A DNA stretch of 64,000 nt, from the IMG/VR virus record IMGVR_UViG_3300023444_000001, positions 1-64,000 of that record; one strand, given 5' to 3'. The notes beneath the pieces are model-generated. The model made no database searches and was not told where the DNA came from. It saw only the letters and a program-made list of their open reading frames with translations. The number at the start of each line of letters is the position of its first letter. Position 1 is the stretch's first letter. The position numbers and the translations under genes were made by a program. Below, piece by piece: positions 28,555-36,726 of the stretch. The DNA is from a virus.

Positions 28555-28776
28555 TTATCGTTTCTGATAGTATTCAAAGACCATAACTATCATCTGCGTT
28601 AATGTCTCGTTGCCTTCTATTAACCCCTTTATTGTCCGTCCGTCTCTGCCGAAGTTTACAAGCATAGTGGCCCGTGCCTCCAGCAACTCTCGCTTCATCG
28701 GCAGAATATCATCCTCCTCAAGCGCTTTGACCAGTTCCCATATCTTACATCGGTTTAATCTCATTGCCCCCCCCAT
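28555..28776 (-). CDS. Small hypothetical protein
   Basis: ORF in the GC-richer island. Confidence 0.5.
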   Translation of the reverse strand: MGGAMRLNRCKIWELVKALEEDDILPMKRELLEARATMLVNFGRDGRTIKGLIEGNETLTQMIVMVFEYYQKR

Positions 28777-28778
28777 AT

Positions 28779-28985
28779 CTAATTAGATGTGCGTCTTAAT
28801 GCCTGATAGAAAACGTCATTCATCAGTAATTTTTTTCTGGTATCGCTGATAAACTCAGAGCCGCCCAGACAAAAATCAGGATGCCTTGAGTAGAACTCCT
28901 CAAATTGTCTAAGATACGCATCAGCGGCCTGCATCTGTTCTGCTGTCCCGTAAGGCATTGTTAATATTTTTTTCGCCCTTTTCAT
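28779..28985 (-). CDS. Small hypothetical protein
   Basis: AAGGAGG RBS. Confidence 0.55.
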   Translation of the reverse strand: MKRAKKILTMPYGTAEQMQAADAYLRQFEEFYSRHPDFCLGGSEFISDTRKKLLMNDVFYQALRRTSN

Positions 28986-29019
28986 CTTTCCCTCCTTTTC
29001 AGGTTGCGGCCAGTGGCCG

Positions 29020-29433
29020 TTAGTCCTTTATCAGGTTTATGACGTTGTCTTTCGTTATCTCTGCTATGACCGCTGGGGGCAAATTCCAAAAGTTTATTAC
29101 TATAGGCTTCCTGGTGTCTGTAATGATTGCCAGGTCCCCACCACGGCCGGGGCAGATAGTCACATGGTCATTGCGACGTTCTGCCTGCCGCGCCGCCTCT
29201 TCGAGTATGGCCTTTGCGTCGCCAGTGCGCATGATATTATCGCCTGCATCGCTTGCCAGGTGATACGCATGCCGGAACACCGGGCCGTGAAGGGTTAATT
29301 GTCTGGTTTCGGAAATTTCAATGTAAAGCATGTCACACCTCCTCAATCCTGCCAGCCCTCGAAGGGCCCGCATGTAATCTGCCTCTGTGCAGTCGTCACC
29401 ATAGCGCTGTTTGTATGCCTGCCAGACCACCAA
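29020..29433 (-). CDS. Hypothetical protein
   Basis: ORF; likely start at the internal MLYIEI after GAGGAGGTG. Confidence 0.5.
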   Translation of the reverse strand: MVVWQAYKQRYGDDCTEADYMRALRGLAGLRRCDMLYIEISETRQLTLHGPVFRHAYHLASDAGDNIMRTGDAKAILEEAARQAERRNDHVTICPGRGGDLAIITDTRKPIVINFWNLPPAVIAEITKDNVINLIKD

Positions 29434-29576
29434 TGTTCGTCTGGTTTTTCTCCATGTAATGACTTATTGGCGGGGCAAGGAATCTTTTCCAATTGTGCAC
29501 ATGAGGGAATATGTTTAATTTGTTCAGATTTTTTCATCTCATCCCTCCTCAATTAAATCAAAACCAAATTTTTTCT

Positions 29577-29831
29577 TTAATCCCATCCCCAACAACCACA
29601 ATAATATAAATCTGTCTCTTTATCCGGTCGATAAGAGAAAAATGGTAATCCAATCCTTGAATCTGTAACATTATCACATTGACAGCATTCAGCCTTTCTT
29701 CCTTCCAAAGAAGGCATTTCAGCAATTTCTATGGCTTCCGGAACTATACCAAAACAACTTGCACAAACCGGATTTCCTTTTTCATCAACAGCAGTTGCTG
29801 TATGTCCACATTTCATCATAACTATAGACAT
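29577..29831 (-). CDS. Small Cys-rich (zinc-finger-like) protein
   Basis: CGH, CxxC, CCQC, YYCGC; AAGGAGG RBS. Confidence 0.65.
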   Translation of the reverse strand: MSIVMMKCGHTATAVDEKGNPVCASCFGIVPEAIEIAEMPSLEGRKAECCQCDNVTDSRIGLPFFSYRPDKETDLYYCGCWGWD

Positions 29832-29883
29832 TTTTCCCTCCTTTAGTAAAAATAATACCTTTCCTCACAAAAATCAAATTTTC

Positions 29884-30399
29884 TTATTTCAGATATGAAT
29901 ATGAATACACATCCTTCAAAGTCCGAAATTTATCTCCTTTTCCCATTCCATATCCAACAAGAAAGCCATCCTCCTCTCTTACTTTGAATCCGACATATTT
30001 CACCCTATCTATGCCCTTATCCCTTTCAAACAAAACACATCCCTCAATAGACCTCGGATTTTCCTTCTCTAAAGACCTTTTTACTTCTTCAAAACTTTTT
30101 CCTGTGTCTAAAATATCATCTATAATCAAAACATTTCTATCTTTCACTTTCTTCAAATCAAACATGAAGTTTACTTTCAAATTTTCCGAAGGATTTAATT
30201 CTTCTCCATAAGAAAAAACTCCAGCAAATTGAATTTCCGGTGATAAACCAGAATATCGAATTAAATCCCATCCAAAAGGAAATCCTCCTTTCAATACAAT
30301 AAGAAAGAAAGGATTCTTTCCCCAATAATCAAAATTTATTCTCCGAGATATTTCATAAACCTTTCCTTTTATTTCCCTTTCCTTAAATATTTTCTTCAT
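29884..30399 (-). CDS. hpt: Hypoxanthine-guanine phosphoribosyltransferase
   Basis: VLKGG, PRPP-binding VLIIDDILDTG, FLVGYGM, FRTL. Confidence 0.88.
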   Translation of the reverse strand: MKKIFKEREIKGKVYEISRRINFDYWGKNPFFLIVLKGGFPFGWDLIRYSGLSPEIQFAGVFSYGEELNPSENLKVNFMFDLKKVKDRNVLIIDDILDTGKSFEEVKRSLEKENPRSIEGCVLFERDKGIDRVKYVGFKVREEDGFLVGYGMGKGDKFRTLKDVYSYSYLK

Positions 30400-30450
30400 T
30401 TTTTACCTCCTTTAGTAAACTGAACTTTTCTAATCTCATTCTTTTTTAAG

Positions 30451-30490
30451 AAAAAATTAGACCGGACTTTTCAAAATCCAGTCTTTTTTT
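30451..30490. terminator. Bidirectional terminator-like hairpin downstream of the CRISPR repeat
   Basis: AGACCGGACTTTT/AAAATCCAGTCT stem flanked by A-tract and T-tract. Confidence 0.6.
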
Positions 30491-30572
30491 AAGAAGAGTA
30501 TCCATGACCCTCTTTTGTCTATCCATTTAAGGGGGGGGGGTATTATCTTTCTTTCCTTTCCCTCTATAGGAT

Positions 30573-30604
30573 GTTTCAATCCACGCCCCCGCGCGGGGGG
30601 CGAC
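30573..30604 (-). CRISPR. Solitary type I-C CRISPR repeat (possible minimal array with a degenerate second repeat at ~30514-30540)
   Basis: Minus strand GTCGCCCCCCGCGCGGGGGCGTGGATTGAAAC: 32 nt, GC hairpin and ATTGAAAC end, intergenic in AT-rich DNA. Confidence 0.88.
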
Positions 30605-30637
30605 TGTATACACCTCAAGTGTTTTAACTCCTTTGAA

Positions 30638-30892
30638 TTACATCTTCATTTCCGACATCCTCCTTTCATATTCAGAATCAAAAAATTTCGTCTTATTTCC
30701 ACATTCAGAACAAATTCCTTCAAACTCTGTTTCCTCTTCATCTATTGTTCTCCAACATTTCATTTCATCAGACAATTTTACTGGAGGTTCTCCACAACAA
30801 ATAGACCTCCAATCTGGCTCAAACTCTTCTTCTCTTTCACAAAATTTCTCTGCTTTACAACGACAACAATTCATTGTACACATCTCATCCAT
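30638..30892 (-). CDS. Small acidic Cys-rich protein
   Basis: 84 aa with multiple Cys pairs; immediately upstream of the CRISPR repeat. Confidence 0.6.
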   Translation of the reverse strand: MDEMCTMNCCRCKAEKFCEREEEFEPDWRSICCGEPPVKLSDEMKCWRTIDEEETEFEGICSECGNKTKFFDSEYERRMSEMKM

Positions 30893-30898
30893 TTTTTC

Positions 30899-31069
30899 TC
30901 ACTTATCTTTCAAAAGTGTTACGTGAATAACCTCAACCCACTTTCTACACCTTGCACACTTTCCAAATACAAGATCAGTTGGATATTCGAGATCAGAGGT
31001 CAAAGTTCCATAAATTGGCCAATGACCACAAATAGTCTTCCAATCCTTATCAATTCTAATTCTTTTCAT
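30899..31069 (-). CDS. Small Cys-containing protein
   Basis: Start revised to MKRIRID after GGAGG; CGH...CARC. Confidence 0.55.
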   Translation of the reverse strand: MKRIRIDKDWKTICGHWPIYGTLTSDLEYPTDLVFGKCARCRKWVEVIHVTLLKDK

Positions 31070-31364
31070 TTTGTGCCTCCAATTTTCGATACCATTCTTC
31101 AGGATACCCAGGATACTCCATTCTACGAAGAGTGGAGCGAATCCCAAGGTCTTTAGCCAACTTATCACGAAGATCAAACCAAGGATTGTAATCCACATTA
31201 TCACCTTGTTCTTCACTCCAGCACTCTGGGAAAACCATCCCTGCTAAAGCGTGTGAATATCTCTCGTTCCTATCTAATCTTGATACTGCATCTGTTATAG
31301 CAACCAAGATTTCCTCACGACCATTGAGTTTTACAAGTGCTGATTTTATTGTCGATATACGCAT
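31056..31364 (-). CDS. Hypothetical protein, paralog A
   Basis: Start revised to MRISTIK (GGGAGGT RBS); highly similar to 32162..32461. Confidence 0.8.
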   Translation of the reverse strand: MRISTIKSALVKLNGREEILVAITDAVSRLDRNERYSHALAGMVFPECWSEEQGDNVDYNPWFDLRDKLAKDLGIRSTLRRMEYPGYPEEWYRKLEAQNEKN

Positions 31365-31527
31365 TACAAACCTCCCTTTCATTATACCAATCTTCTTCTC
31401 CATCATCCCACCGAATTTTTACTCTTCCTTTATGAGAATCCAAAGCAATTACTTCTGCATATCGTACTTTATCCCCTTCTGGAATTTCCAAATTCTGTTT
31501 GAGATAAAACATTGTTGATTGTCTCAT
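31315..31527 (-). CDS. Small hypothetical protein
   Basis: Start revised to MRQSTM, after the promoter and a GGGAGGT RBS. Confidence 0.6.
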   Translation of the reverse strand: MRQSTMFYLKQNLEIPEGDKVRYAEVIALDSHKGRVKIRWDDGEEDWYNEREVCNAYIDNKISTCKTQWS

Positions 31528-31547
31528 TGTAACCTCCCTTTGTTTGA

Positions 31548-31610
31548 AAGTTAAAGTTTGATTGTATAATATAATATAATATATCTCTTTGAAAAAGTCA
31601 AGGGTTTTGT
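31548..31610 (-). promoter_or_regulatory. Repeated early-type promoter, copy 1
   Basis: TTGACT-N17-TATATT with tandem ATATT; near-identical copies at ~33000 and ~49360. Confidence 0.82.
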
Positions 31611-31632
31611 TTGTCAAAAGATTCTTTCCTCC

Positions 31633-31821
31633 TTACTCAATCTCACAATATTCCTCAATTAGACTGATAACCTCAGAATATGACGAACTTTCAAAAGCAC
31701 GTTTAACAAACTCTTTTGCTCTCTCCTTCTCCCCAGCCTTTAGCAAAGCCTTCTTCGTAAGGCCAATCAAATTGAAAACATTCCCATTCTTTCCAACCAA
31801 TTTCACTACTGGCTTTTCCAT
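31633..31821 (-). CDS. Small conserved-looking phage protein
   Basis: LVGKNGNVFNLIG...ALLKAG...SSSYSEV pattern. Confidence 0.7.
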   Translation of the reverse strand: MEKPVVKLVGKNGNVFNLIGLTKKALLKAGEKERAKEFVKRAFESSSYSEVISLIEEYCEIE

Positions 31822-32030
31822 TTTATTCCTCCTTGTTTTGAACCTGGTTGAACCTGGATTTTACCATCCAAAGTCTTAGTCACCAAAGACAACTCTGAAT
31901 TTTCATCCATCCCAAAAACTACCAACAAATAAGCAACATTCCTTCCAATTTCATCACCACACCAATGGCACATAACCTTCCCATTCCCCAAAACAACTAT
32001 TCTCTCCATTACCATTGAAATGCAATCCAA
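31806..32030 (-). CDS. Small hypothetical protein
   Basis: CHWC motif. Confidence 0.45.
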   Translation of the reverse strand: MDCISMVMERIVVLGNGKVMCHWCGDEIGRNVAYLLVVFGMDENSELSLVTKTLDGKIQVQPGSKQGGIKWKSQ

Positions 32031-32161
32031 GCCAATTCATCATTTTCTCCTTATTTTTTTAGTCCTAAAATCAACTGTGCTGTGTTCAAAAAGAAGAGAG
32101 GAAGAAAAAAGAAGCCAAAATTTTCTCTTCCTCTCTTCTCAAATCAGAATCAATCCCAATC

Positions 32162-32461
32162 TCAATCGGTGGCATCCAACTTTTGGTACCATTCTTCAGG
32201 ATAACCCGGATATTCCATTCTGCGAAGAGTGGAACGAATCCCATATTCTTTTGCCAACTTATGCCGGAGATCAAACCAAGGAGTGTAGTCAACCCAATCT
32301 CCCTGTTCATCAGACCAACACTCCGGGAGAACCATCCCTGCCAAGGCATGAGAATATCTCTCACCTCGATTTAATTTTGTCAGAGCATCTGTTATCGCCG
32401 CAAGAATCTCCTCCCGACCACCCAATTCCGCCAACACACCTTTTATTGTCCTAACTCGCAT
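32162..32461 (-). CDS. Hypothetical protein, paralog B
   Basis: Shares ERYSHALAGMV-x-PECWS and GIRSTLRRMEYPGYPEEWY with paralog A; AAGGAGG RBS. Confidence 0.8.
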   Translation of the reverse strand: MRVRTIKGVLAELGGREEILAAITDALTKLNRGERYSHALAGMVLPECWSDEQGDWVDYTPWFDLRHKLAKEYGIRSTLRRMEYPGYPEEWYQKLDATD

Positions 32462-32541
32462 TGCAACCTCCTTCTTGTTTCCTTGTTTTGCACCAAATCA
32501 TTTTCACAGTTTCTTCATCTCATCCTTACTTTTGCCTTTGT

Positions 32542-32943
32542 TTAGGATTGAAGAAGTAACTCCTCCTTTTGTTCTTTTGTCATTTCCTTAAGTAAGAGAA
32601 TTTTTCCATTAAGGATTGCATATCTGTTGAGTTGACCATAGGTCATTAACATCTCTACATCCTCAACTCCTTGATCGAGAAGTTGTTGTAACTCTTCTCT
32701 TGAATAAAACCTGTTACGAGGTTTCACTTCAACCCCACCTTTGAAATATGCTCTATTTTCAACAAAGGTGGAAAATGGAGAAGGTTTCTCTATCTCTCCT
32801 TTTTGAATTGAAGTATAACAGTGAGTAGCACCCCACTGTTGCTTCTTTCTCCAAAATTCGTGTGTCTTGTTTCCGTATCTCATAGCCTTATTACTTCGGC
32901 TATTTACCCCAGACCGGATTTGAATTGTAGAGTGGGTAGTCAT
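32542..32943 (-). CDS. Hypothetical early protein
   Basis: First gene after promoter copy 2; AAGGAGG RBS. Confidence 0.7.
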   Translation of the reverse strand: MTTHSTIQIRSGVNSRSNKAMRYGNKTHEFWRKKQQWGATHCYTSIQKGEIEKPSPFSTFVENRAYFKGGVEVKPRNRFYSREELQQLLDQGVEDVEMLMTYGQLNRYAILNGKILLLKEMTKEQKEELLLQS

Positions 32944-32976
32944 TTTGTGCCTCCTTAAAGTTAAGGTTAAAAGTGA

Positions 32977-33032
32977 AGTTTAATTGTATAATATAATATA
33001 ATATATTTGCTTGAAAAAGTCAAGGGTTTTGT
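32977..33032 (-). promoter_or_regulatory. Repeated early-type promoter, copy 2
   Basis: TTGACT-N17-TATATT with the same flanks as copy 1. Confidence 0.82.
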
Positions 33033-33039
33033 TAAAAAA

Positions 33040-33970
33040 TTTTTACAGTCTAAAATAACAACTCCTTACTTTTCTTATTTCAAAAATCAAATTCACTATT
33101 ACTACTCTCTATAATGTCTACTTTTCTACATACACTCTCAATCATTGTCGCCTATATGAGGGTACCCGCATTAACTTGTTCTTATTTCTTAACTTACAAA
33201 AGTGGGAAATTTTTCACATACTGCTATTCTGTAACAATTCTTACATTAAATTCTTCTATAAACGACATCCTATTTACCTCAATAATCTTTCTAACCTACT
33301 GTCAATAAATAACTTACAATATAAAACCTCTCTTCTATTTCAAAAAGAGAAGTCTTTTTTCTTAATTCTAAATTTCAATTTTACTCTCTCTTCACAACTT
33401 CAAATTTCTTATTTTTATGTTCCATAATTTCAAATTAACTCAACTCATTTCTTTATACTGATCTATACTAAAATATCTATAAAATTCATTAACTCAACTG
33501 GTAGGCAAAAATTTCCTATCTCCATAAAATTCAATATACCTTCAAATGCTGTAACTTATTGCCTACCAACGAGTTCCATAAGCCTCCCACCTATTTGACA
33601 AAAACAAACTTGATTTCTATACAATAACACAACTCTATCCTAATTACTGGAATTGGACTTATCTTTATAACTTCTTGGTAGGAAACTACTTAACTCAACT
33701 GAAGGCTAAGAAGGTAAGAAATTTCTCTTCTGTTCTTTTTCTATACAAACAACCTAAAAGAACCACTTTTTCCCTTTTTTCTTTATTCCCGCAAAAATTT
33801 AATTCATTATACCTTATTCTATTATCCTTTGAAACCCTTCTTTTATATTTACCGCGAAATTTCAAGGAATACCAACCTTGGCGCAAAACCTTCCAAAATT
33901 TTTAAACTTTTAACAACCTTAATAAGAAAATCCTCTTACAACTATCAATCTTTTCCCCGCGAAAATTTCA
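33040..33970. other. Large AT-rich non-coding region with short direct and inverted repeats
   Basis: No convincing ORF. TTAACTCAACT at 33435, 33489 and 33690. TGGTAGGCAA/TTGCCTACCA inverted pair at 33499/33559. Confidence 0.55.
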
Positions 33971-33972
33971 AA

Positions 33973-34632
33973 TTATTTCCATCTAATACCAACTCTTACC
34001 AACCCTTTTCCCCCGAAAATATATGCTCCACCGAAATCTACAAACTCATTTATATTCCTTGTTGCAACCATTCCTCCAAAAAATTTCTTAGAATTTAATC
34101 CCAATCCTCCCAATAACCCGAAATTCGTATGAAATAAATGAAGAGACTGAAGTTCCATAGACAATCCTACTTCCGATTTCGGATATATCCCTCCCACCGA
34201 AATTCTCCAATAATTCTCCAGCCATTTTTCTCCTTTTTCTGCTCTTTCTTTCTTTATAGCCTGAGTAGGAGCAACTATTTTTCCTTCACTTGTTTCTCCT
34301 TTTATCTTGACTTCTTTATTCTTTTCCTCAACTATATGAACTTTTGAAACAGGAGTGGGAAATTTAAGTTCTGTTTCTGATTTTACTGCTGGATGTAATT
34401 CCTTATTTCCAACGATCTTCCTGTTTATCTTTGCATACCCTTCTTTTTCCAATTTTTTGCCATAATCTGTTTCCATCTGCTCAAAAATCTTATTATATTT
34501 CAATTCCATACTTTTATTCTTATACCAGATATAACCAAAAACTACTGCAAGTATCAAAATCAAATGCCATAATTCAACTGAAATTCTCAAGTGCTTTCGC
34601 ATTTCCAATATCCTATTTGAAAGATAGAGCAC
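33973..34632 (-). CDS. Membrane-anchored protein (N-terminal TM, C-terminal amphipathic beta strands)
   Basis: LWHLILILAVVFGYIW; ends GLVRVGIRWK; probable start at the internal MRKH. Confidence 0.65.
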   Translation of the reverse strand: MLYLSNRILEMRKHLRISVELWHLILILAVVFGYIWYKNKSMELKYNKIFEQMETDYGKKLEKEGYAKINRKIVGNKELHPAVKSETELKFPTPVSKVHIVEEKNKEVKIKGETSEGKIVAPTQAIKKERAEKGEKWLENYWRISVGGIYPKSEVGLSMELQSLHLFHTNFGLLGGLGLNSKKFFGGMVATRNINEFVDFGGAYIFGGKGLVRVGIRWK

Positions 34633-34745
34633 AAAAGATTAAAATTCTTAAAATAAGCCTGCTCACGAGGTTTTCTTATACCGAGTAATATAAAGAGATT
34701 AAAAAAAGAGAACTCCTCACAGAACCCATCAAATGAAGTCATACG

Positions 34746-36176
34746 TTATTTCCCAAAAATTTCCCGCAAAATTCCTTTTCCTTTGGCTCGTATAAAAACC
34801 TCATCCCTATTATCTCCCATATTCTTCAATGTCTGAGCCATATCCATCAACGTTCTTAATTGATCGGTAACATTTGGATCAAGAACTCCTCCATCAGATT
34901 TTTCTATGTGAACAGCATGAAAAGTTCTCTGAGCCTCTATCTCAATAACTGTCTTTACAAGATTTAACAAATCAGAAGAACCTTCTATTTTGAAAGTAAA
35001 ATCATATCCACAAAGACTTCCTTCTTTATATCGGGGACAATTTTCATCCAAATAACACGTATTACAGGAAATCTTTTCAACTATCCTTTCATCTAAAACA
35101 GGGACTTTTGGCTTTTTTTCAATAACTTCACTTTTTACTTCAACAATTTCATTGTCTCTTTTCATACTTGCTTTCACCCCCTTATTTCCTAACTTCTTGG
35201 CTTCTTTTATATCTTCCGGACTTAACCAATAAGCATTTTTACATTGATATTTATACCAATCAGTCCACTTTTTCCACATGAAAGCATTGATGATATTACA
35301 AGGTCTTGCCAATCCATTCTTAAATCCTTCCCAATCAAACTTGTCCCCAATAGTTTCTTCTATTTCTTCCTTATACTTTTTTTCTATTTTGCTTTTGAAT
35401 TTCTTTCTCAATATATCGGACTTTTTTCTCGTATCAGCAATTATCTCAAAATTTTCCATTCGTCCATGTGAAGAGAAAAATATTGCTCCAAATCTTCCAC
35501 CAGAAATCCAACTTGTAGAATCTACAGTAAAAAATGGTCTTCTTACTATATCTTTTTCACTACTTAAACCAAACCCATGAAGCAATATTTTCTTTTTTCT
35601 TGCAAATCTAAAATACCGATGTAAAGTCAAATCACTCCGTACCCAACCTGACCCTGTTCCAATGTAATCATAGGCATCAAACCATCCTAAATCTTCTATT
35701 TCTTTATTTGACTCACCTTGCAAAACAGGTATCAGATGTATTCCCATGTCTTTCGCCTTATTTAACCACTTTACTCTCTCTGCTTTTCCAAAATCCTCAG
35801 AAGTAAAATCTAATTCAGCGAACGCTTGAACAGATTCTCTCATCTTAAAGGCAAAATCTAAATATTCATTATAATACTGCTCTATATCAAGACTTTTCCC
35901 TTTTGCCCCTCCAGATTTTTCTAAATCTATATTCAACGTATATCCACCTGAATCAATAAATACAAAATCAAAGTCTCTCAAAAATTCTTCTTTTAACTGT
36001 TCTATAGACTTTTTCCTTATCAACTTTCTTAAATAGTAAAAAGACAATAATACATTTCTAATTCCTATCATTCTCAATATACTTCTAAACTCGTTTGTCT
36101 CCGCACCAGCAAAAAGCAAACAAGTATTGTATATCTTTGGATAACATCGAAATTCCATGCCATTAAATTCTTGCAT
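34746..36176 (-). CDS. dpdA: DpdA-like (TGT-fold) deazaguanine DNA transglycosylase with a C-terminal Cys4/helical extension
   Basis: FIDSGGYT, ELD, IPVLQ, HGFG, VDSTSW; clustered with folE/queD/queE/queC; C-terminal CNTC-x5-C-x8-C. Confidence 0.78.
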   Translation of the reverse strand: MQEFNGMEFRCYPKIYNTCLLFAGAETNEFRSILRMIGIRNVLLSFYYLRKLIRKKSIEQLKEEFLRDFDFVFIDSGGYTLNIDLEKSGGAKGKSLDIEQYYNEYLDFAFKMRESVQAFAELDFTSEDFGKAERVKWLNKAKDMGIHLIPVLQGESNKEIEDLGWFDAYDYIGTGSGWVRSDLTLHRYFRFARKKKILLHGFGLSSEKDIVRRPFFTVDSTSWISGGRFGAIFFSSHGRMENFEIIADTRKKSDILRKKFKSKIEKKYKEEIEETIGDKFDWEGFKNGLARPCNIINAFMWKKWTDWYKYQCKNAYWLSPEDIKEAKKLGNKGVKASMKRDNEIVEVKSEVIEKKPKVPVLDERIVEKISCNTCYLDENCPRYKEGSLCGYDFTFKIEGSSDLLNLVKTVIEIEAQRTFHAVHIEKSDGGVLDPNVTDQLRTLMDMAQTLKNMGDNRDEVFIRAKGKGILREIFGK

Positions 36177-36192
36177 TTTTATCCCTTGAAAT

Positions 36193-36726
36193 TTAATACC
36201 TTATTATCAAAAACTTCTCTGGGGTAACCTCATAATGATCCAAATATGCTTGTGAAGAATAGCAATTCCTTTTAACCCAAATTTTCTTGGTCAGCATATC
36301 TCCAGACAGATTTACAGTCAAATCATACTTTTCCGATCCATAAGCAAAAGTCCATAATGATCCAGAATATGCACCATTCACTGCCACATTCATTACTGCT
36401 CTATAAACTGCTTGATGATGATTTCCATTATATTCTCCATATTCTCCATGCGAAACAACTAATTCTGGTAAAATATCTTGTATTTTACTTGAAACAAGAC
36501 TCATAATTTTTTCTATATCACAAAGAGAAGATTGTTTCAATTCCCCATACAAAGACTTAAATCCTAAAATTTCAGAGGCTTTATTAAATTCTGATTTTCT
36601 AATAGAACAATCTTTCGTATTAAGACCTAAAACATATACTTCAGAAAAAGAAGCAAAAACTTGAATCAATCCTCCAGCAAAAATTGTCTCGTCATCAAGA
36701 TGGGCCACTATAATCAAAACCTTCAT
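36193..36726 (-). CDS. PIG-L/LmbE-family N-deacetylase
   Basis: VAHLDDE, R-x-x-EF, SH...GEY...HH, YSSQ. Confidence 0.85.
   Translation of the reverse strand: MKVLIIVAHLDDETIFAGGLIQVFASFSEVYVLGLNTKDCSIRKSEFNKASEILGFKSLYGELKQSSLCDIEKIMSLVSSKIQDILPELVVSHGEYGEYNGNHHQAVYRAVMNVAVNGAYSGSLWTFAYGSEKYDLTVNLSGDMLTKKIWVKRNCYSSQAYLDHYEVTPEKFLIIRY

Noticed and set aside
30531-30540. G10 tract as a phase-variation switch
   Set aside because: It is not in a supported CDS or promoter spacer; a degenerate second CRISPR repeat explains it better.
30515-31156. 213-aa plus-strand ORF
   Set aside because: It reads through the CRISPR repeat (FNPRPRAGGD) and is antisense to real minus-strand genes, so it is a shadow ORF.
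32086-32364. Alternative-frame ORFs over the paralogs (also the 5' part of 30899..31216)
   Set aside because: Their mutual similarity follows from the DNA duplication; RBS positions support the other frame.
31056-32461. Duplicated segment as a DGR template/variable repeat pair
   Set aside because: Both copies are intact genes, differences are not restricted to adenines, and no reverse transcriptase is present in the window.
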